Source: Nitrospirota bacterium (lineage in GTDB: Bacteria; Nitrospirota; Thermodesulfovibrionia; SZUA-242). Taken from it: a DNA stretch of 64,000 nucleotides. Made by a program: the position numbers and the translations under genes. Location of the stretch: assembly GCA_016212095.1 (NCBI GenBank), contig JACRHH010000035.1:77948-141947 (forward strand), read 5' to 3'. Below are positions 28,694 to 39,143 of the stretch, in pieces (position 1 is the first letter of the stretch; each line of letters begins with the position of its first letter). Below the pieces are notes generated by a model. It was not told the origin of the DNA, ran no database searches, and was given only the letters and a program-made list of their open reading frames with translations.

Positions 28694-29815
28694 TCATGCA
28701 AGGCTGTAACTCATGCCGCCGTGCCTTCTCACCCCGCCCTTCATTTCAAGAAGAAGCAGTATGCCGGAAGTGCGCGACGCGCCCAAACCGCCAGCGACAG
28801 TGATCTCGTCTATATGTTTCGGCTCATTTCCCATAATTTTTAATAGCGCCAGTTCATCTCCGGTAAAATCAGGTTTCTTCACAGCGCTGCCCGTTGCCGA
28901 CCCTGCGGAACTTGCCGTCTTGAGCATGCCCCTGAACACACCCGACAGCTCGGCAATCACATCCGTTGCGTCCTCAACCAGCCTTGCTCCCTGCTTCAGC
29001 AGGCCGTTTGCGCCCTTCGACGTGGCCAGTGTAACCGGCCCCGGCACAGCGAAAACTTCCCGTCCCTGCTCCGACGCATATCTGGCTGTAATGAGCGAAC
29101 CGCTTCCGGCTGCGGCCTCAACCACAACGGTTCCAAGCGAAAGGCCGCTTATTATCCGGTTTCTCACCGGAAAGTTCCACCTCTCAGGCCGCGCCCCCGG
29201 CGGATACTCGCTTATGATCGCGCCGGATTCCGCTATTTCGTCGTAAAGTGTGCGATGTTCCGGCGGATAAACAACATCCACGCCGCACCCAAGAACAGCT
29301 ATTGTCCGTCCGCAGGCCCTCATTGCCGCCTTGTGCGCGGCGGCGTCAATGCCCTTGGCAAGCCCGCTGACAACCGTTATTCCTCGCTCGGCCAGCCCAC
29401 CGCCGAGGCGTTCCGCGGTCTTAACTCCATAGGATGTCGGATAGCGGGTTCCGACAATGGCTATCGAATTCGTGTCGGTCTTTGCCAGGCTGCCTCGCAG
29501 ATAGAGCAGAACCGGCGGATCGTGTATGTTGGACAGAAGCTCCGGGTAGTCAGCATCGTCATGCGTAATCAGCCGGATGCCTTTTCTGCCGGCCTCTTCA
29601 ATGATGCGGTCGATTGCGCTCCAGTTTACGTTTTTCAGATGCCCGGCAAGCGCGGCGGCCCTATTACCCGATATTCCGGCCCCGGCAAGTTGCCATGCGT
29701 CGGCGCGAAATACTGCCTCCGCCGATCCGAAGCTCGAAAGCAGGGCGCGGATGGCCGCATTTCCGGTTTCGGGAGCCTGCCCTAGCGCAAGCAGATAACG
29801 GACATCAGCCCTCAA
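28694..29815 (-). CDS. dprA: DNA-processing protein DprA
   Basis: [49 protein letters not shown]. Confidence 0.96.
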   Translation of the reverse strand: MRADVRYLLALGQAPETGNAAIRALLSSFGSAEAVFRADAWQLAGAGISGNRAAALAGHLKNVNWSAIDRIIEEAGRKGIRLITHDDADYPELLSNIHDPPVLLYLRGSLAKTDTNSIAIVGTRYPTSYGVKTAERLGGGLAERGITVVSGLAKGIDAAAHKAAMRACGRTIAVLGCGVDVVYPPEHRTLYDEIAESGAIISEYPPGARPERWNFPVRNRIISGLSLGTVVVEAAAGSGSLITARYASEQGREVFAVPGPVTLATSKGANGLLKQGARLVEDATDVIAELSGVFRGMLKTASSAGSATGSAVKKPDFTGDELALLKIMGNEPKHIDEITVAGGLGASRTSGILLLLEMKGGVRRHGGMSYSLA

Positions 29816-30998
29816 GCGCCTTCCTGCTTTTCAGGCGAAGCGCGTTCAACCGTATGAACCCCTCGGCATCCTTCTGGTTGTAGACCACATCGGCCTCGAA
29901 TGTTGCAAGGTCTGGATTGTAAAGCGATTTTGGCGCTTTTCTCCCTACAGCCATGCAGCTTCCCTTGTAGAGCTTCATGCGGGCGGTTCCGGTTACGCCC
30001 TGCTGGCACTTGTCGATGAGCGTCTGAAGCGCCTCGCGCTCCGGCGAATACCAGAAGCCGTAATAGACCATCTCGGCGTAACGGGGAATGAGCGAATCGC
30101 GCAGATGCAGAACCTCGCGGTCGAGCGTCAGCGATTCAACCGCCCGATGCGCCGCGTGCAGCACGGTTCCGCCGGGGGTTTCGTAAACCCCGCGCGATTT
30201 CATGCCGACGAAACGGTTTTCAACCAGATCGACACGGCCTATTCCGTGCGCGCCGGCCAGCGCGTTCAGGTGCGAAAGCAGATCGTGCGGCTTCATCTTT
30301 ACGCCGTCAACCGCCACGGGGTTTCCATTTTCGTAGTCAATTTCAACATAAGCCGGTTTTGCCGGAGCCTTTTCAGGCGGCACGGCCATTGTGAACATGT
30401 CCGGCGGAGGCTCGGCCCACGGGTCTTCAAGAATGCCGCCCTCGTAGCTTATGTGCAGAAGGTTGCGATCCGTGCTGTACGGTTTTTTCTTTGTGACCGG
30501 AACCGGAATGCCGTGTTTTTTAGCATACGCTATAAGGGTTTCCCTGCCGCCCAAGTCCCATTCGCGCCACGGGGCGATTACCTTGATGGACGGGTTCAGC
30601 GCGTAGAACGTCAGCTCGAACCGCACCTGATCGTTTCCCTTGCCGGTTGCGCCGTGGCTCACTGCCATGGCCTTTTCCTTCGCGGCAATCTGTATCTGGC
30701 GCTTTGCGATCAGCGGACGGGCTATCGATGTTCCAAGCAGATATGTTCCTTCATATACGGTGTTTGCGCGAAGCATCGGGAAGACGAAGTCGCGGACGAA
30801 TTCCTCACGCAGATCCTCGATATACACCTTCGACGCGCCTGTTGCCCTGGCCTTTGCGCGGACAGCCTCCATGTCTTCGCACTGGCCGATGTCGGCGCAG
30901 AAGGCTATGACGTCACACTTGTATGTTTCCTTTAGCCAGCGGAGTATGACTGAGGTGTCAAGACCGCCGGAGTACGCAAGCACCACTTTATCGGGCAT
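29805..30998 (-). CDS. argG: Argininosuccinate synthase
   Basis: [34 protein letters not shown]. Confidence 0.97.
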   Translation of the reverse strand: MPDKVVLAYSGGLDTSVILRWLKETYKCDVIAFCADIGQCEDMEAVRAKARATGASKVYIEDLREEFVRDFVFPMLRANTVYEGTYLLGTSIARPLIAKRQIQIAAKEKAMAVSHGATGKGNDQVRFELTFYALNPSIKVIAPWREWDLGGRETLIAYAKKHGIPVPVTKKKPYSTDRNLLHISYEGGILEDPWAEPPPDMFTMAVPPEKAPAKPAYVEIDYENGNPVAVDGVKMKPHDLLSHLNALAGAHGIGRVDLVENRFVGMKSRGVYETPGGTVLHAAHRAVESLTLDREVLHLRDSLIPRYAEMVYYGFWYSPEREALQTLIDKCQQGVTGTARMKLYKGSCMAVGRKAPKSLYNPDLATFEADVVYNQKDAEGFIRLNALRLKSRKALEG

Positions 30999-31122
30999 GG
31001 GGTATCAGCTCCTATGAGAAAATTCCGGAAATCGTGATAACCATAGCACAAGGTTTTTCGCTATTTCAAACGGGGACAGCGCGGGAACAGTGAGGCTTGT
31101 CCCGGAAGCGGGCAAATATGAA

Positions 31123-32490
31123 CTACCTTGCTCCCCTGCCGGTCAGCACCGATTTTACCGTTTCGAAGATGATGAACGTATCCAGAAACAGCGAAAGATG
31201 CTTGATGTAGTAGAGGTCGTACTGGAGTTTTTCGGCGGCGTCCTCAACCGATGCGCCATACGGATACTTGATCTGCGCCCAGCCGGTGATGCCGGGCTTG
31301 ACGACGTGGCGCTGCGTGTAGTAGGGAATGGCGTCCTTGAGCCTGTCCACGAAGTGCGGACGCTCCGGGCGCGGCCCCACGAAGCTCATGTCGCCCTTTA
31401 GAACGTTCAAGAGCTGGGGCAGCTCGTCGAGCCTTGTAACGCGCATGAATTTGCCAAGGCGCGTGACGCGCGAGTCGTTTTTCCCCGCCCATTTGGGGCC
31501 TGATGCCTCGGCGTCGGTGCGCATGGTGCGGAACTTCATGATCTCGAAGTCCTTGCCGTATTCGCCCACCCTGGTCTGCCTGAAGATGACCGGGCCGCGC
31601 GAGTCCAGCTTGATAAGTATCGGTATTATCAGGAAAAAAGGCGATGCAAGCACCAACAGCAGCGATGACAGCAGCATGTCAACGCTGCTTTTAATAGCCT
31701 TGGCCGTCATGGTGCGCTTGAATCCGGCTGCAAAGATCATCGAGCTTGGGTGGATGTTCAGGCATATCTTGCTTTTGAAAGCCTCGGAAAGGGTAGGAAC
31801 ATCGAGCACGTCTATTCCTGCCATCTTGCATTCAAGAAGCTCGTTCACCGGCAGCGCGCCGCGCCTGTCATCGGCTGCGATGACCACACGGTCTATCCCG
31901 TGCTCAACGGCAAACAGCGCCACATTTGTGTCTACAGGCAGGATTTTCTCCTTTGGCACAAGCTGCTGGTTTCCCTGAATGGCTACGAATCCCTCAATGT
32001 CGGATATATGCTCGGCAGCCTCCTGAAGGATGTCCACCGCGTCCAGCGCGGCGGATCCGGTGCCGACAATCAGGATTTTTTCGTGGGGACGGAATTTTGC
32101 CAGAAGCGGCTCCGCTGCGCGCCGCCATAGCAGAATAAGGATGTATGCCATGCCATACGAAAGCATAAACCAGCCGCGGCCTATCGAGAGTCCGGGTATG
32201 AAATAGAATATTGCGGTAAGCGGCATCAGGCCGAAGATGAATGCGAAACTCACCCTGCGTGAAACAATGGCGCGCTTGTGATAGTTGTAAAGCTCGGCCA
32301 GATAGAATACGTAAAGCATTACGAGTGTGAATGTGAGAGCCTTTGGAATGGTTGTCTCAACCGCCGAATCCGAAAGCCCCATGAACCGGATCGCGAGGCC
32401 AAGCTCTGCCGCGCCGAAGAATATCAGCGCGTCAATCAGCAGCAACATCATTGTAATACGCGAAACTCCTGCGGCGATGCCGGGCAGCAT
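31123..32490 (-). CDS. Polyprenyl glycosylphosphotransferase (PEP-CTERM/XrtA-system-type sugar transferase)
   Basis: N-terminal TMs, DDRRGALP, KFRTM, RLDELPQL, GDMSFVGPRPERP, KPGITGWAQ, YDLYYIK. Confidence 0.9.
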   Translation of the reverse strand: MLPGIAAGVSRITMMLLLIDALIFFGAAELGLAIRFMGLSDSAVETTIPKALTFTLVMLYVFYLAELYNYHKRAIVSRRVSFAFIFGLMPLTAIFYFIPGLSIGRGWFMLSYGMAYILILLWRRAAEPLLAKFRPHEKILIVGTGSAALDAVDILQEAAEHISDIEGFVAIQGNQQLVPKEKILPVDTNVALFAVEHGIDRVVIAADDRRGALPVNELLECKMAGIDVLDVPTLSEAFKSKICLNIHPSSMIFAAGFKRTMTAKAIKSSVDMLLSSLLLVLASPFFLIIPILIKLDSRGPVIFRQTRVGEYGKDFEIMKFRTMRTDAEASGPKWAGKNDSRVTRLGKFMRVTRLDELPQLLNVLKGDMSFVGPRPERPHFVDRLKDAIPYYTQRHVVKPGITGWAQIKYPYGASVEDAAEKLQYDLYYIKHLSLFLDTFIIFETVKSVLTGRGAR

Positions 32491-32581
32491 TCAGGTTTCC
32501 TCCGGAGAGTTATTTTCGGGCTATTTTACAGGAAATGAAGGATTATCGCGAAAAAAATGCATCTCTGCGTTGGCGGCAGGT

Positions 32582-33034
32582 TTAGCCCGGCCTGGCGCTT
32601 GCGTCAGGACTGCCGCCAACGCATACGCCTGCAATCACATTCTCCAGCTCGCTGATCGTGAACGGTTTTTCAAGAAAGCCGTTTGCGCCAAGATTGGCCA
32701 GAAAGTGCGTGTTGTAGCTCATGAAAAAAGCGCTTACAATTATCACCTTCAATTCAGGTCTCTTCGATTTAAGAATTGGCAGCGCAACGTTTCCGTGCAG
32801 CTTCTTCATTACCAGATCAAGAAAAACAACGTCAATTTCGTCGCCATGACGGCCGACGAAATCCACCGCTTCGGTTCCGTCGGTAACCGCCGACACGACA
32901 TTCAGCCCCAGCTCCTTCAGAAGCGTGGACAGCAGGTCGCGCACGTATTCATCGTCATCGACTATGAGAGCCCGTAGTACGCTGAATTCACTCCTGAACC
33001 GCGTGTTCTCCTTTGCAACCGAAACGGAACTCAC
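32582..33034 (-). CDS. Single-domain response regulator (CheY-like)
   Basis: LIVDDD, VFLDLVM, IIVSA, FLEKPF; GGAGG RBS before GTG. Confidence 0.85.
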   Translation of the reverse strand: MSSVSVAKENTRFRSEFSVLRALIVDDDEYVRDLLSTLLKELGLNVVSAVTDGTEAVDFVGRHGDEIDVVFLDLVMKKLHGNVALPILKSKRPELKVIIVSAFFMSYNTHFLANLGANGFLEKPFTISELENVIAGVCVGGSPDASARPG

Positions 33035-33196
33035 AAAAAAGTTTATCCTCCGTAATGAAAAGACAACATCCGGGCATCTGCAACAAGTGGCATTCTATCC
33101 TTTGCCCATTCAGCAGGTCAAGGCTTATATTATACCCGATACCCGGCATTGCACGCGCGGCTTGACGGGCTCTCCGCGCCGCGTGGTAACATGAAA

Positions 33197-33297
33197 ACCC
33201 GTGGGGGAGGCCGGATGAAACGGCCTGAGAGTTCACGCATGTTGCGTGAAGACCCCTTGAACCTGATTTTCCGGGTAATACCGGCGAAGGGAACGGC
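33197..33297 (+). ncRNA. TPP riboswitch
   Basis: GGGG...CTGAGA...ACCCCTTGAACCTGAT...CCGGGTAATACCGGCGAAGGGAA core; upstream of thiS. Confidence 0.93.
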
Positions 33298-33367
33298 TAA
33301 TGAAAAACAGACGAATTTGCAGTCAGGGCATGAATCCGGCCCGTTCCAGCTCCTGCCGGGGCGGCAT

Positions 33368-33568
33368 ATGCTGATCAAGCTAAACGGTGAACCTCACGAG
33401 TCTCAGGACAGTGTTACAGTGTCCGGCCTTCTGTCTTCGCTCGGCATAGCAGGCGGACGTGTTGCCGTGGAGGTGAACCTCGCCGTGGTGAAAAAATGCG
33501 ATTACGAAACCCGCGAACTGCGCGAGGGCGATCAGGTGGAGATAGTCAATTTCGTTGGCGGAGGCTGA
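33368..33568 (+). CDS. thiS: Sulfur carrier protein ThiS
   Basis: [22 protein letters not shown]-terminus. Confidence 0.93.
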   Translation: MLIKLNGEPHESQDSVTVSGLLSSLGIAGGRVAVEVNLAVVKKCDYETRELREGDQVEIVNFVGGG

Positions 33569-33572
33569 TAGC

Positions 33573-34352
33573 GTGGAACAAAACGACAAGCTGGTCATAG
33601 CCGGAATCGAATTCTCATCGAGGCTGTGGGTTGGAACCGGCAAATACAAGGATTTCGACGAGACGGCGCGCGCCATCGAGGCGTCAGGCAGCGACGTTGT
33701 TACCGTGGCAGTGCGGCGCGTGAACATTACAGACAGCAACCAGCCGAACCTGCTCGATTATCTGGACATGAAGAAGATAAAAATCCTGCCGAACACAGCC
33801 GGGTGCTACAACGTGGAAGACGCGCTCAGATATTCGCGCCTCGCGCGCGAGGCCGGTGTGTCCGATCTGGTGAAGCTTGAGGTTATAGGCGACGAAAAGA
33901 CGCTTTTCCCAGATGTTATCGGTCTTCTTCAGGCAACCGAAATTTTGGCGAAAGAGGGTTTTATCGTATTTCCGTATACCAACGACGATCCGATCATGGC
34001 ACGCAGGCTGATGGATGCCGGAGCCGCCGCCGTCATGCCGCTTGCCGCGCCGATAGGCTCAGGGCTCGGCATCCGCAATCCTTATAATATAAGGATAATT
34101 CTGGAAACCGTGAAGGCTCCGGTCATCGTTGACGCCGGTGTTGGAACAGCTTCCGACGTTGCCGTTGCGATGGAGCTTGGCTGCGACGCAGTGCTCCTGA
34201 ACACCGCGATCGCCGGAGCGAACGACCCGATAATGATGGCCGACGCCATGAAGCACGGGGTTATCGCCGGGCGTCTGGCTTACCGGGCCGGGCGGATCCC
34301 GAAAAAACTCTACGCCACGGCTTCAAGCCCGCTTGGAGGAATGCTTTTGTAA
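33573..34352 (+). CDS. thiG: Thiazole synthase
   Basis: GTGKY, LPNTAGC, KLEVIGD, PIGSGLG, DAGVG; GTG start after GGAGG. Confidence 0.96.
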   Translation: MEQNDKLVIAGIEFSSRLWVGTGKYKDFDETARAIEASGSDVVTVAVRRVNITDSNQPNLLDYLDMKKIKILPNTAGCYNVEDALRYSRLAREAGVSDLVKLEVIGDEKTLFPDVIGLLQATEILAKEGFIVFPYTNDDPIMARRLMDAGAAAVMPLAAPIGSGLGIRNPYNIRIILETVKAPVIVDAGVGTASDVAVAMELGCDAVLLNTAIAGANDPIMMADAMKHGVIAGRLAYRAGRIPKKLYATASSPLGGMLL

Positions 34353-34392
34353 AGATACATATGATTCCAAGTTCGAATCGACAGTTCCATAA

Positions 34393-34441
34393 CTCCCCCC
34401 AAGCCCCCCTCAATCAGGGGGGTGGCGAAGCCGGGGGGGAG
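34393..34441. repeat. REP-like branched palindrome (family B)
   Basis: CTCCCCCCAAGCCCCCCTCAATCAGGGGGGTGGCGAAGCCGGGGGGGAG; homologous to 4579-4623. Confidence 0.7.
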
Positions 34442-34574
34442 CCGAAAACATGGCCGAACACACAGACACAGGTTGTCCGAATGATTTAAAAATGAAATAA
34501 GGTCTCATTTGCGGCGATAAACCGGACAGAAAACAACCGGAAGCCGCGCAACTACATAGCCTGGGGAGGCAACG

Positions 34575-35153
34575 ATGGAAGGAAACAGTGTATTTCAGCT
34601 CGTATTGTACTTGGTGATTCCGGTGATGCTTGGCTACGAATTCCTGCTATGCGCCAAAGATGAAAAGGCGGGAAAGGACGAGGCAACGATGGGCTCGATA
34701 ATGCTGGATTTCTTCGGCATTCTCTTCATCGGCCTCATTCCGGCGATATTTATTTTCACGCTCTGGGCGGTGAATAGCAGGTTTCTGCCGCTTCAGACCG
34801 ACACAATACACTTCCTGCAGCGCTACGGCGTGTTTTTCATGTTTCTTGGAGCGTGGTGGCAGGTTTACATTTTCGCGGCAGTCCGGGCGCGGCGGGTCAG
34901 GAAAAACGGTCTGCCGTCCAAATCGCTCTGGCTGCCATATGCGCTTCTGGGCGCATTTGCATCATTGGTTGTTGCGTGGAATTTCCCGTGGCATCTCGAT
35001 CTGATATCGGTTGCATGGTTTATGGTAATCGCCGGAATGATTAATTTCATCGGTTTCAAGCCCATGAACGTTGAACGTGTATTCTGGATGCTGGCGTTGT
35101 TTACATTCATCGCCGAAAATATCCTGTTCGTATGGTTCAACGCGATTGTATGA
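34575..35153 (+). CDS. Hypothetical polytopic membrane protein (about 6 TM)
   Basis: GGAGG RBS, 192 aa with several hydrophobic helices; no family recognised. Confidence 0.75.
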   Translation: MEGNSVFQLVLYLVIPVMLGYEFLLCAKDEKAGKDEATMGSIMLDFFGILFIGLIPAIFIFTLWAVNSRFLPLQTDTIHFLQRYGVFFMFLGAWWQVYIFAAVRARRVRKNGLPSKSLWLPYALLGAFASLVVAWNFPWHLDLISVAWFMVIAGMINFIGFKPMNVERVFWMLALFTFIAENILFVWFNAIV

Positions 35154-35193
35154 GCGTTCGTGGAATTCAACGCGATTGTGCGAGGGATGATGC

Positions 35194-35808
35194 GTGCCGG
35201 GTTTAGCGTTCAGGCTATATCTGATAACCGACCGCGCGATCATTTCCGGCATGACGCTGGAGGATGCCGTGAAGCGCGCCCTGGACGGCGGGCTTCAGGC
35301 GCTTCAGCTTCGGGAAAAGGATATGCCCGTGCGTGAACTCATCCCGCTTGCCGAGCGGATGCGAAGACTGGCATCGCGCTATGGCGCGAAGCTTTTTATT
35401 AATGACAGGGCCGATGTTGCTCTGGCTGTTGACGCAGACGGAGTGCATCTGACTACGCAAAGCGTTCCGCCCGGCGCGGTCAGGAGCGCATTCGGCAACA
35501 GGCTGATGATCGGCGCGTCAACGCATTCCGTCGATGAGATTGCGGCGGCGAGCGGCGCCGATTTCGTCACGTTCGGGCCGGTTTACGACACGCCGTCGAA
35601 GCGGGCGTATGGGCCGCCGGTTGGCATCGAGTGGTTGCATCAAGTTGGCAGATGCAACGTTCCGGTTTTCGCGCTTGGCGGCGTGACAATCGAACGCGTG
35701 CGCGAGCTTCGCGAGGCAGGGGCTTTCGGCGTGGCGCTCATTTCCGATATTCTAACGGCTTCCGACATAACGTCGAAAACCGCATCCTATATAAAGGCGC
35801 TCTCATGA
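35194..35808 (+). CDS. thiE: Thiamine phosphate synthase
   Basis: LYLITD, QLREKD, INDRADVA, GVHL, STHS, ALGG. Confidence 0.88.
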   Translation: MPGLAFRLYLITDRAIISGMTLEDAVKRALDGGLQALQLREKDMPVRELIPLAERMRRLASRYGAKLFINDRADVALAVDADGVHLTTQSVPPGAVRSAFGNRLMIGASTHSVDEIAAASGADFVTFGPVYDTPSKRAYGPPVGIEWLHQVGRCNVPVFALGGVTIERVRELREAGAFGVALISDILTASDITSKTASYIKALS

Positions 35809-37094
35809 CAAGAATAGAACTGGCAAAATCCGGAACAATAACAGACGAAGTAAAGGCTGTAGCCGAACAGGAAGGCGTTTTGGCCGAGACGCTCGCCCGC
35901 GACATCGCGGAAGGGCGTTCCGTGATACCGATTAACCGGCTTCACAACATCAAGCCGATTGGCATAGGGCGCGGGCTTTCAACCAAGATCAACGCCAACA
36001 TCGGCACATCCAAAGACAGCATTTCGTTCGATGTGGAGCGGCAAAAGCTGGATATTCTTGTGAAGCACGGGGCCGACGCCGTGATGGACTTGTCCACCGG
36101 CGGCGACATTCGCGGTCTTCGCGCCATGATCATGGAGCATTCGCCCATCGCGGTCGGCACGGTTCCGATCTACGAAACCGCCGTCCGCACTGCTGAACGC
36201 TATAAAACCATCGCCAAAATGACGCCGGACGACCTGTTCGAGATCATCGAGGCGCACGGAGCGGAGGGCGTGGATTTTGTAACTGTGCATTCCGGCCTCA
36301 CGATGCGCGCGGTTGACAGGCTGCGCTCCGAGGGCCGGGTGCTTGACATCGTGAGCCGGGGCGGCTCGTTCCTGCTTGAGTGGATGATTTTCAACGAGCG
36401 GGAAAATCCGCTTTTTGAACAATATGACCGGCTGCTGGAGATTGCCGGAAAGTACGACATGACGCTTTCGCTTGGCGACGGCCTGCGCCCCGGATGCATC
36501 GAGGACGCCACCGACAGAAGCCAGCTTGAGGAACTGCTTACGCTTGGCGAACAGCGCGACCTCGCGCTTGAGGCTGGCGTGCAGGTGATCATCGAGGGGC
36601 CGGGCCATGTGCCGCTGAACCAGGTGGAACTGAACATAAAAATCCAGAAGGAGATATGCAAGGGCGCGCCGTTCTACGTGCTTGGGCCGCTGGTTACGGA
36701 CGTAGGCATGGGCTACGACCACATTTCCGCCGCCATCGGCGGCGCGATTGCTGCGGCTGCCGGAGCCGATTTCCTCTGCTATGTAACGCCGTCGGAGCAT
36801 ATCAGGCTTCCGTCCATCGAAGACGTGCGAGAGGGAGTTATCGCGTCAAAAATCGCGGCGCACGCCGCCGATATAGCAAAGGGCGTGCCGGGCGCAATCG
36901 AGCGCGACATGAAGATGGCCCGCGCCAGAAAAAACCTCGACTGGAACGGCCAGATAGCCCAGAGCTTCGACCCAGACAAGGTGAAATCGTGGCGCGCTGA
37001 AACCCCGCCGACCGAAACCGAGGTATGCAGCATGTGCGGCGAGTTCTGCGCCATTCGAACCGTGGAGCGGGCGCTGAAGAAGAAGCGCGGGTAA
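35805..37094 (+). CDS. thiC: Phosphomethylpyrimidine synthase
   Basis: KINANIGTS, MDLSTGG, SLGDGLRPG, EGPGH, CSMCGEFC. Confidence 0.95.
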   Translation: MTRIELAKSGTITDEVKAVAEQEGVLAETLARDIAEGRSVIPINRLHNIKPIGIGRGLSTKINANIGTSKDSISFDVERQKLDILVKHGADAVMDLSTGGDIRGLRAMIMEHSPIAVGTVPIYETAVRTAERYKTIAKMTPDDLFEIIEAHGAEGVDFVTVHSGLTMRAVDRLRSEGRVLDIVSRGGSFLLEWMIFNERENPLFEQYDRLLEIAGKYDMTLSLGDGLRPGCIEDATDRSQLEELLTLGEQRDLALEAGVQVIIEGPGHVPLNQVELNIKIQKEICKGAPFYVLGPLVTDVGMGYDHISAAIGGAIAAAAGADFLCYVTPSEHIRLPSIEDVREGVIASKIAAHAADIAKGVPGAIERDMKMARARKNLDWNGQIAQSFDPDKVKSWRAETPPTETEVCSMCGEFCAIRTVERALKKKRG

Positions 37095-37894
37095 TGTCGA
37101 TCGTCGCAACTCCCCCCCATATCGCCCTCGCCATAGCCGGAAGCGATCCGACCGGCGGCGCGGGTTTGCAGGCAGATTTGCGGACGTTCGCGGCTTTCGG
37201 CATCCACGGGCTGTCGGTTGTGAGCGCATTGACGGCGCAATCGACCGTCGGGGTGCGCGCGGTTGAGCCGGTTTTGCCTGATTTTGTTACAAAGCAGCTT
37301 GAGACACTTCTTTCCGACATCACCCCTGATGCGCTTAAAACCGGAATGCTTCATGACGCCGGGGTTGTCAGGCGCGTTGCGGACTGCGTGAAGCGCTTCG
37401 GACTGAAGAATCTGGTTGTCGATCCGCTCTATCTCTCGTCTTCCGGCGCGGCGCTGCTTGATGACGACGGTTTTTTCGCGCTACGCGATGAACTGATTCC
37501 GCTTGCCCGCGTGGTCACGCCGAATCTTGCCGAAGCGGAGCGTCTTACCGGCATGAAAATCATGATCGGTGAAGACCTGAAATCGGCGGCGGAATGTTTG
37601 CTGGCGATGGGGCCGGAGGCGGTTGTGATTACAGGCGGACACTGGGACGAGGAGGCCGCCGACTATTACATGGACTCAAACGGCCCGCTGATATTCAAGG
37701 CATCAAAAATACCGGGCGAGTTTCACGGCACAGGCTGCGTTTTTTCGGCGGCGCTGGCCGCCGGGCTGGCCCTTGGCGAGGAACCGGTTGACGCGGTGAA
37801 TCTGGCGCACTGCTATGTGATGGACGCCATTGCGCGCGCGGCCAGGCCGGGCGCCGGAGCGGCAATACTTGGCGCGTTCGGCGTTGACGGATGA
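37094..37894 (+). CDS. thiD: Hydroxymethylpyrimidine/phosphomethylpyrimidine kinase
   Basis: IAGSDPTGGAGLQADL, KTGML, TPNLAEA, HGTGC. Confidence 0.95.
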   Translation: MSIVATPPHIALAIAGSDPTGGAGLQADLRTFAAFGIHGLSVVSALTAQSTVGVRAVEPVLPDFVTKQLETLLSDITPDALKTGMLHDAGVVRRVADCVKRFGLKNLVVDPLYLSSSGAALLDDDGFFALRDELIPLARVVTPNLAEAERLTGMKIMIGEDLKSAAECLLAMGPEAVVITGGHWDEEAADYYMDSNGPLIFKASKIPGEFHGTGCVFSAALAAGLALGEEPVDAVNLAHCYVMDAIARAARPGAGAAILGAFGVDG

Positions 37895-37898
37895 GAGA

Positions 37899-38477
37899 TT
37901 AGAACGCCGGTTCAACCCCAAGCGCAAGCAGTGTTTCGTAAAGCAGGTTAAGCGGCAGGCCTACCACGTTGTAGTAACAGCCGGAAATTCCTTCCACAAA
38001 CAGCGACGCAATACCCTGAATGCCGTATGCTCCGGCCTTGTCAAGCGGCTCGCCGCTTGCGACATAGCGGTCTATTTCGCGCGAAGTGAGCGTTTTGAAA
38101 CGAACATCGGTAACTGCGGATGTAACGATGGTTCTGCCCGACGGCCTCTCGATCACCGCAACGCCGCTGATCACCTCGTGCGTCCGGCCCGACAGCTTTG
38201 CCAGCATCGCCGTTGCAACTTCAGGCGATTCCGGCTTGCCCATCACCTCGCCGTCAAGCGCTACTATGGTATCGACGCCGACAACTATTCCGGAATCAAC
38301 AGACGCCGCTATTTTAAGCGCCTTTTCTTGCGCGATGCGGCGGGCGAACGCGTCGGCGTTCTCGCCCGGTAGCATCGATTCGTCGATGTCTGCCGGTGAA
38401 ACGGTGAATGGAACTCCGAGGCGGGCGATAAGCTCCCGCCTCCGCGGGGAGGCGGAGGCGAGAATCAGCGGTTTCAT
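37899..38477 (-). CDS. maf: Maf family nucleoside triphosphate pyrophosphatase (YhdE-like)
   Basis: LILASASPRR, DKAGAYGIQG, NVVGLP. Confidence 0.93.
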   Translation of the reverse strand: MKPLILASASPRRRELIARLGVPFTVSPADIDESMLPGENADAFARRIAQEKALKIAASVDSGIVVGVDTIVALDGEVMGKPESPEVATAMLAKLSGRTHEVISGVAVIERPSGRTIVTSAVTDVRFKTLTSREIDRYVASGEPLDKAGAYGIQGIASLFVEGISGCYYNVVGLPLNLLYETLLALGVEPAF

Positions 38478-38493
38478 CGGGAAAACGGGAAAA

Positions 38494-39057
38494 TCAGTCC
38501 TTCGCCCGCTCGACGTAATCGCCGGTGCGGGTATCGACCCTGAGGCGCTCGCCCTCCTCGATGAAGAGCGGAACATATACGACATGGCCGGTTGAAAGGG
38601 TTGCTGGCTTTGTGGCGCCGGTTGCGGTGTCGCCCTTAATTCCCGGCTCGCAGTAGGCGATCTTGAGGTTCACGAAGTTTGGAACCTCCACGCTGATCGG
38701 CACATTATTATGGAATAGCACGACACAGACAAGCCCTTCGGTTAGATACCGCCACGCTTCGCCAAGATGATCCTTGGCAATGGCAACCTGCTCGAACGTC
38801 TCCATGTTCATGAAATGATACTCGCCCATCTGCTCGTAGAGGAACTGCATGTCCTGCTCGGCCACATCGGCCTTCTTGATCTTTTCGCCGGATTTGTAGG
38901 TGCGGTCAACCACGCGGCCCGTGTTGAGGTTCTTCAACTTCACCCTGGTGAACGCCTGACCCTTGCCCGGTTTCACGAAATCGGCCTCGATCATGATATA
39001 GGGATCGCCGTCAAGCTCGACCTTGATGCCCTTTTTAAACTCGTTTGTGTTGTACAT
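38494..39057 (-). CDS. efp: Elongation factor P
   Basis: VKPGKGQAF, PGIKGDTA, VPLFI, VDTRTGDY. Confidence 0.97.
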   Translation of the reverse strand: MYNTNEFKKGIKVELDGDPYIMIEADFVKPGKGQAFTRVKLKNLNTGRVVDRTYKSGEKIKKADVAEQDMQFLYEQMGEYHFMNMETFEQVAIAKDHLGEAWRYLTEGLVCVVLFHNNVPISVEVPNFVNLKIAYCEPGIKGDTATGATKPATLSTGHVVYVPLFIEEGERLRVDTRTGDYVERAKD

Positions 39058-39143
39058 GAAAATCTCCCGGATTGCTTCAGTCCAGTAATGCGGACGGATG
39101 CGAATGTAAAGCGTTATATGTAATCAGAGGGTGTTGAGGGATG

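Noticed and set aside
33149..33367. N-terminal extension of ThiS in the ORF track
   Set aside because: It overlaps the promoter and TPP riboswitch; ThiS homology begins at ATG 33368.
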